A DNA stretch of 64,000 nt from Octopus vulgaris (taxonomy: Eukaryota): assembly GCA_951406725.2 (NCBI GenBank), contig OX597831.1, positions 39,060,001-39,124,000 on the forward strand. Direction: 5' to 3'. The stretch's first letter is position 1. Every line of letters starts with the position of its first letter. The translations under genes and the position numbers were made by a program. Shown here in pieces: positions 1 through 15,544 of the stretch. The notes beneath the pieces were generated by a model that worked only from the letters and a program-made list of their open reading frames with translations, searched no databases and was not told where the DNA came from.

Positions 1-908
1 TCACAGCACAACTATTCTTCCGTTACTCACTTCAGAATTCTTCGGCAAATAGTTCCAACAGTAATTTAAAACTTCCAAAATTTGCCTCAAATTATACAGG
101 CGTGTTATGTTTCGCCAAATCGACCACCACCACTATCTTGCTTGGGATAAATTTAGAAGTAATGGACATGGGGCCGAAATATTGAATTTTATTGCCCCGC
201 CTACCGAATGTCATTGTAGACTTCGGAGAAACTTGAACTCAGAAAATGAAGATTTAGAACAAATGCTACATAGCTTTTACTTTTTTTTCTTTTATTTCAA
301 GGTTCTTACGATTCTGTCAAGTTCTATACGGAATATAAATTTATTGATAAATACAAAAACAAATGACAAACTAACAGACAGACAGACAGTTCTCACACGC
401 AGCATTTTTTTCTTCCTGCTGTCTTCGTGATATATTGAATGAATAAATAATTAGATAATTGAATAGGAAATGAGACCTCAGCATGACTGTGAGCATAAGA
501 AATTCACCTCATAACCATTTGCTTTCGGGTTCAATTCTACTGTACACTACTTTGGGCAAGTATTTCCATAATACCGATACGATATTTCGTGAGTGCATTT
601 GGTAGACGGAAAAAAAGGTGTAAGGAAGCCATTTGTGTAAACATGTAAGTGTATTTCTTTGTGCGTTTGTGCTTTCTTCTACCCGCCTCACCACTTTACA
701 AACGGTGGTGGTTTGTTTACGTCTCTCAACCACTCTGTAAAACACGCCGATAATGAAAGTACCAAACTTAAAAATAAGTATATGGGTTAATTTGCTCGAC
801 TAAACTCTTTGAGGTGGTGCCCCAGCAACCTCCAGCAAGCCACAAAAGATAAAAGTATATATATATACTTTGATATATTATCGGCCATTATTGGCCCATA
901 TATATAAC

Positions 909-976
<68 letters not shown>

Positions 977-1020
977 TATATACATATACTATATATACAC
1001 ACACATATATATATATATAC

Positions 1021-1115
<95 letters not shown>

Positions 1116-1184
1116 TTTTAGAAAAACATAAATCTGGAGAAAAAGTACACTCTAAGTAGTAGAGCAATCTATATTTATTCCTGG

Positions 1185-1378
1185 TGAAGCCCGGTTTATA
1201 GTTTCTCATTATAAAGGGTACCTCAGACCTGTTGGCCTATGGCCTCTTTAAAATATGAAGGTGGAAACCGCCATATTTTAAAGAGGCCATAGGCCAACAG
1301 GTCTTAGTGTCTGAAGATACACCATAAAGGTACCCTTTATGACGAGAAACCTGGAGTAACCCTATAAGCTGTCCTTCA
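1185..1378. repeat. Foldback/MITE-like element with perfect 33-bp inner inverted repeat
   Basis: 1225-1257 (agacctgttggcctatggcctctttaaaatatg) is the exact reverse complement of 1272-1304. Outer arms 1201-1223/1328-1350 pair with 2 mismatches. (TA)n tracts lie nearby on both sides. Confidence 0.8.
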
Positions 1379-1382
1379 TTCG

Positions 1383-1409
<27 letters not shown>

Positions 1410-1416
<7 letters not shown>

Positions 1417-1630
1417 GATCCAAACAAGAAAACACAAAAAAAACACAGCAACGCGAGGACGTGGAACAAATAAAGTATTATTGGACGCTCAGGAAAGAAG
1501 GGAAGAAGGAGGATTAAACGTTTCGAGCGGAGCTCTTCGTCGGAAACAAAGGAGAAAGAAAGATCACGAGAAGGGAAGACAGAGGAAAAAAATTGCTGGC
1601 GGTGCTCACGAGGTCACATGTTGAAAGACA
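1410..1630 (-). mobile_element. Penelope-like pseudo-LTR relic, family A, with degenerate hammerhead motif (1514-1547)
   Basis: Minus strand reads GTTT-CCGACGA-A-GAGC-tcc-GCTC-GAAAC-GTT. Homologous over about 200 bp to 44395-44605 (+). Confidence 0.65.
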
Positions 1631-1670
1631 TATATATATATATGTATGTGTGTGTGTGTGTATGTGTATA

Positions 1671-1885
1671 CGAAGGGGTGCTGAAAAGTTCCTGGTTTTC
1701 GGTAGAAGAAAATGGAGGAAGATCAATTAATTATGATTTTATTCAAGATATTCTCTTCTCAGATTCACACACATACTACAGCGGTCCTTCAGGTTTTCTA
1801 ATCCTGTTTGAAAAACTCGGAAGTTTCGCCCTCTATCTATACCTTTCATGACACCCTTAATGCCTGGAACTTTCCAACCCCTTTC
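1671..1885 (-). mobile_element. Mariner-derived MITE (~215 bp)
   Basis: TA-flanked imperfect TIRs (cgaaggggtgctgaaaagttcctgg / cctggaactttccaaccccttt). The interior on the minus strand encodes a mariner-like C-terminus, GLENLKDRCSMCVNLRREYLE*. Confidence 0.75.
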
Positions 1886-1911
1886 TAATGTATATACAAA
1901 TAAATAAATAA

Positions 1912-2153
1912 ATGCGCCCTTTTTAAAGCCTAGCCAGGCTCATGGGTCCGGTTTCCCGGTTTCTATGGCGTATGTGTTCCCCAGCTGGACGGGACGCCAG
2001 TCTATCGCAGCGTTACTCATTTTTCCAGCTGAGTGACTGGAGTAACGTGAAATGAAGTGTTTTGCTCAAGAACACAACGCGTCGCCCGGTCAGGAATCGA
2101 AACCACAATCTTACGATCATGATGCTGACACCCTAAACACTATACGCGCCTCC
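1912..2153 (-). mobile_element. tRNA-derived SINE with V-domain-like segment (family S4)
   Basis: Minus strand has a tRNA-like head with B box ggtttcgattcc, then ttcttgagcaaaacacttcatttcacg, then ctgcgatagactggcgtcccgtccag (resembles the V-SINE domain). Related copy at 9863-10085. Confidence 0.7.
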
Positions 2154-2182
2154 ACCTAATATATATATATATATATATATAT

Positions 2183-2259
<77 letters not shown>

Positions 2260-2918
2260 TACAGACAGACAGAGTGAAAGTCTGTGTTTGTCTCCCCACT
2301 GCTTGAGCACAGGGTGTTAGTTTGTCTACGTCCTTGTAAATTAGTGGCTCGGCAAGGGAAACCGATAGAATAAGTACCCAGAATAGAAAAGAAATACTGG
2401 GGTCGATTTCTTAGACTAAATCCTTGAAACCGGAGCCCCAGCTTGGCCGCGGTCCAACGAACGAAACAAGTAAAAAAAAAAACGAAAATATATATCGATT
2501 ATTATCATAAACAACAACATTCTTTTTAATATGAATAAATTAGGAATTTATATTCAAAACAAGAAGAAACAAAAGTATGAATTTGTATTTAACGGAGGAA
2601 CATCGACAATGCAAGAATCTCTCGATATTTCATTATGCGAATCTAAATTACTATTATTTTCAATACATTATTTTTTTTTCTATTACTGTTACCCATTCAA
2701 ATAGGATGCTTTCACTTGGGACCTATGCTGCTAAGAGCTGTTTTTCTCATTGTCACTTTATAGCTCACACCTAGTTTCTCTCTACTAACAATGAAAAATA
2801 ATAGCTCGGCGTCTATTAATCACCATCATTCTTTTCCATTGCATTCTCAAACTTGCCACTGGACATCCACATTTGTCTTTATTATCTCCCTTGTCTTTCG
2901 TTGTTGCTGTTGTTGTTG

Positions 2919-2950
<32 letters not shown>

Positions 2951-3211
2951 GGTGGTGGTGGTGGTGGTGGTGGTGGTGATGGAGTTACTGCTGAGGTTGT
3001 TGTTATGTTTTTTTTTTATTTTGTTATATTTTGTTTGTTTTATAAATAACTTTCTCATTTGTACTCATGAGTCTCTTATTTTCATTTTTTCTTTCTTGTT
3101 TTGTTTTTTGTTTTTTCTTCTTCTTAGTTTGTTCTTTTGTTATTCCATTCTTTCAATGGCATCTAAGATGTCGAACCAACTACAGAAGATGGAATATTGT
3201 ATTAGGAAGAG

Positions 3212-3253
<42 letters not shown>

Positions 3254-3433
3254 CGCATAAATTGAATATATCATTTTTTAGAGAGAGAGAGAGAGAGAGA
3301 GAAACAGACAGAGAGACAGACGAAGAGGCAGGCAGAGAAAACGATAAAGAAAAGCAGAGCAAGACATCTTTTCTGTGTAAGTGGGAACATGCATGTGTGT
3401 ATACATACATACATATATACATACATACATACA

Positions 3434-3489
<56 letters not shown>

Positions 3490-5737
3490 CTTCTACGCCT
3501 ATGTGTATGTGTCTGTGTGTCTTTAGAGTGTTGTGAAAGGATTGATGGTGGGTTTAATGAATTTCATGAAATTCAATAGCCTCGTTCAGCACCACCAAAT
3601 TCTGCAAAAATAATTCAGTATTTTAGCACACAAAGCCAACCAACAAACAAACAAAAAAAGAACCATGCAAAGACAAATATAATAAACATAAATAAGGAAT
3701 ACTCAAATAGCTGTTGCTCTTGATACATTCTGATATGATTATCGTGAATAATGACAAATGATGACAGCGAAAACGAAAAAAGAAACATAATAGACAAAAT
3801 AAAACAATAAATTATATTTACCATAATTGGATTATATATTTTATTCTGTGGTAGTTCAGCTCGGTCATGGAGCTAGAAAAGCTCAGGGGGGATATGAGAC
3901 TGCGAGGAGGATTAAATCCAGAATACTTCCTATTATTCAGATCTCAATTATGTGAGAGCAGATTATTAAGAGATGAGAATATTTTCTATGCACTTTCTGT
4001 CCATTGTTACTTTTTCTAATAGTCGTATTTTTTTTCTGGTTAGACACAAGCAATACGATGGATATTATTACATCTTGTTGCATATTTCCATTTCCGATGA
4101 ATTCAATTTGACCATGATATGCAGTGAGGGTCAGATATTGTCAGTAACATACGCAGTAACTTTCAAATACCTGATTTACTCTTGTTCTTGTTTACCACCC
4201 TAGGACAACTCTCATTGAACAGATCCTTGTTCAAATCTGTGATCAGAGATACTGTTCATAGCTAACCCGTTCTTCTTTTCACGAATACAGCCATGACCCT
4301 TTCGTCTATCCTCTCAAACATCGGCTGTTTAGAACAGTCACAGGCAAACTACAATCCACGGAACGCCAAGAATAAATTACCTCGATTTAATTTAGCAATG
4401 CGGCTCATTTAATGAAGAGCCATATCCCATACGGCCCACTTCTCTAAGAGATTGCCTATACCTCGTTCAGGACAATATCAGTCACTAATGTCCTTATGTG
4501 GAAGATTTACCTGTTGCTTGTAGCTTGTCGAACGACTTGGTACATGTTTCCTCGAGTAACATATATTAATGTTTAAAGTATATCAGTAATATAGAAAAAG
4601 AACGTTTCGGGTTTAAACTGTTTATCAAATTAGAATAGAATGAATTTAAGCTTAGTCAGAGTTACATCAGGCAGTAAGTTAGACCTGTAACTTTATGAGT
4701 TCTCTTTCATCACAACACCAACGCTACCCAGCACCACCAACGAGGCTCCGGTGCAACAAATAACACAAACTTATTTTTGTCAACCTCATCGCTTTATCTT
4801 ATTGAACAGAATTTCATCACAGTAGAAGACACGACATTCGTCTCCTCTCATGCACCACAGATAGTGACTCCCTTATAATGGAGCTTCTGACAGTCTCTCT
4901 AATAAGTATTTTGTTTCCCTTGCACCTAGAATCTCACTTGGTAGCAAATATATGAAGTTAATGCTTTGGTGACATCACCGGGCCATGGTAAAGTAGATAA
5001 ATTCATGCGAGACTCAAAGAAAGTATTTAGTATCCGGTTTTAGATGTTGCTATAATTTGAAGCATTGTACTTTGGAAACAAAATGGAAATAAATTTTATA
5101 ACATTTTAAAATATTATCTGTTGCTACTATTCTGTTGTTAATATATTTTTGCTGTCGTCGTCATTGTTATTGTTCTTGGAAACGGTAGTGACAGTGGACG
5201 TAGTGGTGGTGGTCATCCCTATATTATCGAAGACGTTCGAGTTATGATTCGGATACAGTGCACCTACAGCCAAATTAGAGTGACATTTGGGAAAGATTTA
5301 AGTAATTTTTCCAGCTAGTTGTATGATCATGTAGCGGTCTCCTCATATTACTTTCATCTACAAGGCTAGTGATGCATGAAAATGTGATTCTTCGTTTAGA
5401 AATAAAAGTATATTCTAAGACTTTCTGAAAACGCGTGGCCTCATCGTTAGGGTCATTGCATTCACGATCGCAGATTTCGGTTTCGATTTCTGTAACTGTC
5501 GTACGTTGTATCATTTCACGTTACTGAAGTCCAAGCAGTTTTAAAAGAATAACCCATTGATAGACTGGCTTCCAATGCAGGGGTAATATTGTGACCTTGG
5601 TCCCTTATACATCATAGAAAACAGATAGCCAGCCCTGTGAGTCCTTGGACACTATACATATCGAATTTTATAAATCTTATTAAAGAAAACAAACCAAAGA
5701 AACCGAAATGTTTTAAATAAATTATATACATTTCCCT

Positions 5738-6143
5738 ATTCTTTTACTCTTTCACTCTTTTATCTGTTTCAGTCATTTGACTGTGGCCATGCTGGAGCAC
5801 CGCCTTTAGTCGAGCAAATCAACCCCAGGACTTATTCTTAGTAAGCCTAGTACTTATTCTATCGGTCTCTTTTGCCGAACCGCTAAGTTACGGGGACGCA
5901 AACACACCAGCATCCATTGTCAAGTGATGTTGGGGGGAGAAACACAGACACAAACACACACACATATATATACATATGTACGACGGGCTTCTTTCAGTTT
6001 CCGTCTACCAAATCCACTCACAAGGCTTTGGTTGGCCCGAGGCTATAGTAGAAGACATTTGCCCAAGGTGCCACGTAGTGGGACTGAACCCGGAACCTTG
6101 TGGCTGGTAAGCAAGCTACTTACCCCACAGTCACTCCTGCGCC
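5738..6143 (-). mobile_element. SINE family S2 (tRNA head, internal TA/TG microsatellite, ...gactgaaacaagtaaaagag tail)
   Basis: Collinear with 20056-20510 and many other copies; A/B-box-like head ggagtgactgtggggtaag...gggttcagtccc. Confidence 0.85.
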
Positions 6144-6966
6144 CTAAGCAAATATTTAAATCTTTGCGCATATCGGCATAGAGAAACTATGTGAATTACA
6201 GTCCAGTTCACTGCCACCATCATTTCTTACTGTATTATAACTAAGTGACCAAAAGAAAGATATTTCTGAAGAAGCTGGTCATGGAGTCTGGAATGAACTG
6301 TAGCTTACCTCACTAACTGCGAAGTATGTGTAGAATTTAAAAGAAGGTTATATTCGTTCTACAAAAATTAGTTGCAGTAAACAGTTTTTATTGAATACAC
6401 TTGCCGTTTCTAGTGCTTGTTATGCTCACGGAATCAATGAATTATAAATCAACCAGTTGTTGTTACTGGTGTTTAGCCGTAGGATGACGAATTGACTGAA
6501 GAATTCGAGACTGGAAGAAAGGGTCTTGCAGTATTTCATTCGGTTTTTTACTTTCTGAAATTCAAATCATTGCTTTTAATGCTTTCGGAGATCAATGTAA
6601 ATAAACCAGTCAAATTCAGGAGCCAATAGAGACGAATCTTTGTTTAACCTTGTCTACATGATCTAACTGACCCATGATCAAAGGCGCTCCATCTAGCCAT
6701 CCCATATACTTTCTAACAAATATTATATCAAGAACAAAATGAACAACAAATTTTATTGTGCCTTTCTTTATTATCTAAGACAATATGGCCTTGTTTGCAG
6801 TAGATAGCGGTTCGGCAAAAGACCGATAGAATAAGTACTAGACTTACAAAGAATGAGTCCTGCGGTCGATTTGCTCGATCGCCTAAAGGCGGTGCTCCAG
6901 CATGGCCACAGTCAAATGACTGAAATATGTTAAAAGAGTAAAAGAGTAAAGAGTAATGTCTGTGTG

Positions 6967-6999
<33 letters not shown>

Positions 7000-7559
7000 A
7001 ATAACATTTGAAGGGAGGAGTTTAATTGTTTACTTTATTCGATCGACCTCGGAGTGATGAAAGGTAAAGTATACCATCGAGGGATTTGAACTCGCATTGT
7101 AATGAGACTTAATAAATACTCCCAAGGTATTTTCCCCGTGCAAGAAATCTATTTAAAAGCAGCTTAACTATTTAATTCCAAACACGCTTAAGTCTAAAAC
7201 AAATTCTTTCAAATTCTATTTGTAGAAATGCAAATTTTACCTGCTCTTCCGAAGACGATGTGCACAACCAGTTCTGTCTCCCTCTCTGTCTATGTTCCTT
7301 AAGGGAATATTACTGAGCCTTACTTTTTTTGTCACTTTTTATGTCTTTTTTTTCTTTCTTTTAACATCGAAAATAAAATTGATATCTTCAGTAGACAAAT
7401 GTTATCAACATTAATCCCCAAAGAGGGACATTTAATTGCTCTACAAGATAAATGTAAATTAATCATCCGATAAGATTAATTTTCAATAAATTATGGAAGA
7501 AATAAATAGCATAGCTTAAGAAACAAATAGTTTAGAAGTTCCCATTTTGCTTTTTGCAT

Positions 7560-7778
7560 TTTACGTCTTTTAGTCATTAAAGCGAGGCAATACCGGGGTG
7601 CTGCCTTGAAGAATTCTGCTGGAACGAATGGACTCCAGTAAATATTAGGCCTTGTACTTGTTCTATAGGCCTATTTTAACGAACCGCTATGTTATGAGGA
7701 GTTAACACATCAACGCCGTCTGTCAAATGATGGTGGGAGACAAACACGCAAGCATCGCGTGCAATACACGCACACATG

Positions 7779-7839
<61 letters not shown>

Positions 7840-8058
7840 TGTGAGTGTGTGTATGTGTGTGTACATCTGTGTGTGTGTACGTGTGTATGTGTATACAACA
7901 GGCTTCTTTCAGTTTCCGTCTACCAAATCCACTCCTAAGGCTTTGGCCGGCCCGAGGCTATGGCAGAAGTCTCTTGCCGAAGGTGCCACGCAGTGGGACT
8001 GAACCCGGAAATATGCGATTGGGAAGCTAACTCCTTAGTAGTCAGCCACGCCTGCGCC
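7560..8058 (-). mobile_element. SINE family S2, diverged copy
   Basis: Same head and tail with an expanded internal microsatellite. Confidence 0.75.
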
Positions 8059-8087
8059 TAATTAACAAGCAATGCTAGAACACATTA

Positions 8088-8300
8088 TTTTCTACACTAG
8101 GAACAAGGCCCGAAATTTTGGGGAAGGTGGGGGCCAGTCGATTAGATCGACTCCAGTACACAACTGGTACATAATTTATCGACCTCGGAAGGATGAAAGG
8201 CAAAGTCGACCTCGGCGGAATTTGAACTCAGAACGCAAAGACAGACGAAATACAGCTAAGTACTTTGCCCAGCGTGCTAAGGTTTCTGCCAGCTCGCCGC
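8088..8300 (-). mobile_element. SINE family S3 (ggcgagctggcagaa... head)
   Basis: Shares gagttcaaattccgccgaggtcgactttgcctttcatcct with 21750-21965, 58074-58300 and 60481-60708. Confidence 0.8.
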
Positions 8301-10022
8301 ATTACTATAATCATTCTAGATATGCAACTACATGCATAAGAATACATACAGAAACATACAAATCTGCACATATATGCTTACATACATACATGCATACATA
8401 CATACATACATACATACATACATACATACATACATACATACATACCCTGTTGTTGATGTTGAAATTCCAATGAAGGAAACTTGGCTCGAGGTTAGAAACC
8501 GTTCCTTTCTCTATTGGCAAGAACTCTCGAAATAAACTGAATAATGAGAAACGTAAATACATACATGCATACACAAAAACCCCATGTTTCTGAATAATTT
8601 GATGATAGTAAACTAAAAATAAAAGTATATTGTATAACGCACTTATATTTATCCGTGATTCCGCTATGGATATTATCCGCTGTTGACATCTAATGTAGAT
8701 TGATTGACATTGCTAACGTGACAGGGATTTTGCACTGCACATCTTTTTCTCTCGTTCGCCATTGTGAAGGAGTAAGTTGGCAACAGTTCGACTCACAACG
8801 GTGTAGTACATTTCAAGGTATAAATATTTCTAACACAATTCTCGGTTCTCAGTTCTATGACAGCAGCGTAGAGACATCACTGTTCCTATAACTTTACTTT
8901 GAATGCATCAGGTTACATTAATGTTATGAGATCGGACAATCAATAAATTAAGCGTCTTCAGTACAGGAGACCTGCAGCATTCATTTATTGCATTGAATCC
9001 AACTTGGTTGGTTATTACCTTATTTCCAATGCAAAAACCGCCAGAATATACAGCCATGTCCAAAATTTACGAACGGCTTCGAGGCAATGGCTGTGAGGGC
9101 TACAGCTACATGGCTGTTTCATTTGCAAAGTGTAGTGCCCATAACTCCATTAAATCGCAATACGATGTTGTAAAATACGAGTGACATGTGTGAAGAAGAA
9201 TTTCCACGCAGACATTACCTGAAACAAAGTCAATTTGTTTATTCACCATATAAGGTTAAGAAAAAGAGGCGACGATACGAGGACAGACAAAACAAATATT
9301 GGGGTCAGGAGATCGAATGGGACGAAACGTATGAATAAACAATTTTAAATGCATCCAATAAAATGCGAATGAATGTATCAACACAAAATGAAGCGGAGGA
9401 CGGGGTCGACCCCATAAACCACATTCTCACACTGAAAACTGTTTTTTCTTCCTTTTTTTTTTGTTCTTGTTTAGACAGGTTCTTTCACTCGCAACACACC
9501 TGCTAGACACATGAAACAAAAGTCGTAGTGAATTACATGCAGCCGTGTATAAGACAGTAAGATACCGTTTATTGTGTAGTGTTAGTTATAGATATTGAGG
9601 GGACAGCAATGACTGGCCCGCCGTTGAGCATAGATTTCTTAACTAAGAATGACCTGTGATCACTTAACAATACTAATAACAATAATAAGTGGAAAAACCA
9701 TAGCAGGCATATAAATATAGATGTGTGTCTGTGTGTCTGTGCGTGTGTTTGTATACACACATATATACGCAGTATATGTGAATATTTTAGCAAATCTCTT
9801 CTCAACCACAAAGTTCCGGGTTCAATTTCACAACATAACAGGCTTTTAGGCCACATTACTCAGTGAGGCGTATAGACCCGGTTTCCCGGTTTCTCTGGCC
9901 TATATACTATTCCATGGACGTGTCTCCGGCCCGTCACGGAATTACTCATTTTCACGAGCTGAGGGGACTGCAGCAAAGGGAAATGAAACATTTTACTCAA
10001 GGACCTAACATTTCGCCTAATC

Positions 10023-10723
10023 CGGGAATCGAAACACAATCTTACGACCATGAGTCTAACACCCTAAACACTAAGCGATGCGCCTACGTGTATGTGTGTG
10101 TCTGTCTGTATGTATATTTGAGGTCACGAACTTTCTTCCCTCACACAGAAACAAATAGAAGCATTCTTACAACGAAAACCCTTTTATAAACCTATCCCCA
10201 TCAAAATGGAAATAGAAAGTTAAAGAAGACAAAAGCATAAAACGATGCCAGCATACCTTCCTAAAAGTGGTTAATGTTTCGTCCAATAAAGGAATTGAAA
10301 CCACAATCTTACGGCCATGAGTCCAACACTTTAATCACTGCGCCTACACGTATGAGTTTGTATGCATGTACGTATGTATGTACGTATGTATGTATGTATG
10401 TATGTATGTATGTATGTATGTATGTATGTATGTATGTATGTATGTATTTATGTATGTATGTATGTATGTATGTATGTATGTACGTATGTATGTATGTATG
10501 TATCTATGTATGTATCTATGTATGTATGTATGTATGTATCTATGTATGTATATTTGAGGTCACGTGCTTCCTTCTCCTTCACGATAACAAATAGAAGCAT
10601 CATAACAACAGAACACCCTTTTATAAATTTATTCCCATCAAAATGGAAATAGTTAATGAAGACAAAAGGATAAAACGGTGCCAGCATGCTTTCCTAAAAA
10701 GGAAAAAAAAGGGTTAATGTTTC
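10023..10723. repeat. Diverged local tandem duplication (10023-10280 vs 10291-10723)
   Basis: Both units carry a SINE-head fragment plus tttgaggtcacg...aaatagaagcat...catcaaaatggaaatag...gccagcat...ggttaatgtttc. The second unit has an expanded (TATG)n. Confidence 0.85.
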
Positions 10724-10729
10724 ATTATA

Positions 10730-11861
<1,132 letters not shown>

Positions 11862-11904
11862 TATATCATCGTTCCTTATGCATATTTATATGCATATAGG
11901 TATG

Positions 11905-12001
<97 letters not shown>

Positions 12002-12003
12002 TA

Positions 12004-12111
<108 letters not shown>

Positions 12112-12150
12112 ATATATATTATATATATATATTATATATATATTATATAT

Positions 12151-12216
<66 letters not shown>

Positions 12217-12333
12217 CATACATATATATATGTATATATATATATTATATATATTATATATATTATGTATATATATATATATTATATATATATATATTAT
12301 ATATATCTATATTATATATATATATTATATATA

Positions 12334-12422
<89 letters not shown>

Positions 12423-12425
<3 letters not shown>

Positions 12426-12650
12426 AGGCGCAATGTTACAGTGGTTAGAGCAGCGGAGTCGCGGTAGTAGGATCGCGGTTTCGATTCCCAGACCTGGCGT
12501 TGAGAGTGTTTGGTGAGCGAAAACACCTAAATGTTCCACGATGCTCCAGCAGCGGGTGTTGGCGATCCCTGCTGTACTCTTTCGCCACAAGTTTCTCTCA
12601 CTCTTCTGTTGGCCTGCTCACAACATATGATTCCCTGCTTGGTCACGTGA
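12423..12650 (+). mobile_element. SINE family S1 (ggaggcgcaatgg... tRNA-like head), internally deleted
   Basis: Head matches 37477 and 48293; ends in ggtcacgtga as in the tail type 2 copies. Confidence 0.8.
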
Positions 12651-12696
12651 TATATATATATATATATAGTATGTATGTACGTGTGCACATGTACAA

Positions 12697-12990
12697 GTGT
12701 GCTACTGGTTAGGCATAATGCACTCATAGCCGTTAGATCCTGGTTTCGATTCTGATTTCGGTTGCGCCTTGTATAATTGAGCGAAACACCTCCTTTGACA
12801 TTGTCCCAGATCTGTCAGCTGTAAATGGGTAACCCTGCGACAGACTAGCCTTCCGATGAGGTGGAATGCAAGCCTGATTGACTAACGAGGTGTGTGGCAT
12901 CATTCGAAAGCTAAAACGATGCGAAGCGCATTGTGATCACCAATGTATAACAACATACGACAGTCTGGTCGATACTATGATACCGTGATA
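12697..12990 (+). mobile_element. Old SINE with V-like domain and the same 3' tail as S1 tail type 2
   Basis: B box ggtttcgattc; aaccctgcgacagactag; tail aaaacgatgcgaagcgcattgtga shared with 16470-16545. Confidence 0.6.
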
Positions 12991-14120
12991 TATATATATA
13001 TACGTATGTCTATATACGGGTGAACACACACACATATATATAAATACATGTATGCATATATACCCATATATACACATATATACATATTTCACCGTCAATA
13101 TACCCCTCATTATTAACAAATAATGAAATAAAATAAATAAGAACGCATAAAAAATTTATTCGAGAAATGATTTCTGTAATTCAATATAAAATAACGAGTT
13201 TTCAAAATGTAGCCCTCAAGCACAAAATCATTGATGGTTTTGGATATAAAATGCATAATTGAAGTCCTTCCATGGCAAGAGAATTCGTATTTAAATAAAG
13301 ATTGCCTGTTATTTCGTAGAAAAATTCTTCTATTTTGTTTGCAACGAATCATAAGCTTAGATCTTCATTTGCTCATCGAAGTTGATTAGGAGAAAATGCT
13401 TTCCATCTTGGGAATATTGTTAAAGTGTTTTGAAGAAAAGTTTGTTTATAAGTTAAAATGTTGGCTTTGGGAATATTGGTAATTGCTTCAAATATAGAAT
13501 ATATTAAATGAGAGATATTGCCACCTTCCATTTCGACATGATGTTTAGATTTTAACGGTGATGAATATGGAATACACCACTTTTCCATTTTTGGTTTTGC
13601 TGAAACACAAACGTAGATCTTCATTTCTTTATCGAATGTTCATCAAAAGAAAGCCCTTTCTATCTTCTGAATATTTTGTTGGCAGCAAATATGACTTGAA
13701 AGTTCGAAGTTTATTGTCGGTAATAGCTTCAAATGTGGGATAGACTGAATAAAAAATATGGCCACCTTCGATCTTGATATGAGTGCTGTGTGTTTTAAGT
13801 TGACGCATATGGAGTAAACGGGCCTGTTAGTGAACAGTTCAGTTTTTGCTTGACTAATCTCATCTGCTTCTCTGTATTTCTAGATTTAAGATGTGATGTA
13901 CGCAAACACATACCACAACGGTACACGCGCAAACAATTCACGAAGCCATCTGCTTATACTCATACAGATGTGTCGATATTCACTACCTTGAAATCCCAAA
14001 AACTTTTAATTGCCTTATATGTACGTACAATCTCGGTTACGAACAGTTTACCTTTGCCTACAAGACTAATTAGTATTAAGAGGTGATTCGTATCACTTCT
14101 AATAGAGCTGAAATGATAAT

Positions 14121-14163
<43 letters not shown>

Positions 14164-14189
14164 ATGGACATACAGACAGACAGACAGAC

Positions 14190-14259
<70 letters not shown>

Positions 14260-14290
14260 GCAGGCAGGCAGGCAGATAGATAGATAGATG

Positions 14291-14376
<86 letters not shown>

Positions 14377-14390
14377 CAGATAGATAGATA
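14121..14390. repeat. (GATA)n/(GACA)n compound microsatellite
   Basis: Direct reading. Similar tracts at 2185-2270, 25112-25480 and 45429-45529. Confidence 0.95.
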
Positions 14391-15544
14391 TTATACGCTT
14401 TCGGCGCAGATGGATATTATATGCTTTGTGTGTCGGATCAGATCAAACTCTTCGGCACCTTACTCACCCATCGTAGCGTCAGTTCAACCAAAGCGCTGTG
14501 CTTGGTATTTTGCATACAGCAACTGTTCGGAAGATTGCCATCGGAGAGAGAAATTTTCCTATTTGTGGAGTGGTAGACCTAACCCATTGCTCTATTTATA
14601 TCCATTAGAGAAGGGGACTTCAGAGCAAAACCGGTTTATCATTTGTGAAATCAGTTCACCGTACTAATATTAATTTTGATATTTCTCAAACCATTCAATG
14701 TTAGGTGATAAAAAAAAATAACTTACATCAGATAGAAAATTCCCTATTTAGGGAGATGAGATAGGGTCAGCTGCTTAGTTTGAATTCTTGTGCTCTGTGA
14801 AAAGAGTAATGGATTCGATCGTAACTTTATTGCTACAGGGCTAAATTGCCGATTAAATATTATCCACCTGAAGTAGAAACCGGTTGTGGGTGATTAAAAA
14901 ATATGAATGTGTCAGTTATAACAGCCAAAACTGAACGTGAATGTCTTTCCCAAAAGAATTTTCATTGTGTTCAAAATAATATTTTAAAGAAGGTCTAAAG
15001 GTTAGAACAGATTTTTCCTCTTGCCATCGCAGTTGAATGAGTTTATGGACAATGCAATGGATATATTTATAACCAAAATAGATTGCTCAGCATATTATAG
15101 TTGTAACCGCTGTATGTGAAACGTTTTGGCAGCTATCGCATCTTTATTTATCAAAACACAAAAAGAAAGAAAATAAAGAATAGATACCTTGTAACTTTGG
15201 CAACAATGTAGATGACTGGTGGAACAATATAAGATCAGATAGATAATAAATATAAGAAAGTTTCTGAGAAAATAGACACATTTTGAAGCAGAATAGCATG
15301 AAATTAGTTCACTGCTGAAAAATACAGTAAACAACGTTGTTTTCGTACTTTGGGGTTGAGATTATCAAAGCACTACAAGATATAGTAGCATATATAAGAA
15401 ATATGCGGAACGCTGGAATTGAGACGACAATCAACTTTAATTTCCACATAATTTAGAGAAAACCAGTAGTGTTTCATAAGCAACAAAAATAACTTGCAGA
15501 TTAATTTAGAACTTGCCATAAAGTAAATTCGTATAAAAGAAATT

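Noticed and set aside
9050-9117. Pre-miRNA-sized inverted repeat (acagccatgt/acatggctgt) containing TCACAGCC on the minus strand
   Set aside because: Only 10 bp pair, the interior does not form a stem, and similarity to miR-2/13 is limited to the seed.
14410-14667. Non-repetitive ORFs 14410-14667, 30140-30493 and 54909-55163
   Set aside because: Short, no recognisable domain and no consistent exon structure; lengths are compatible with chance.
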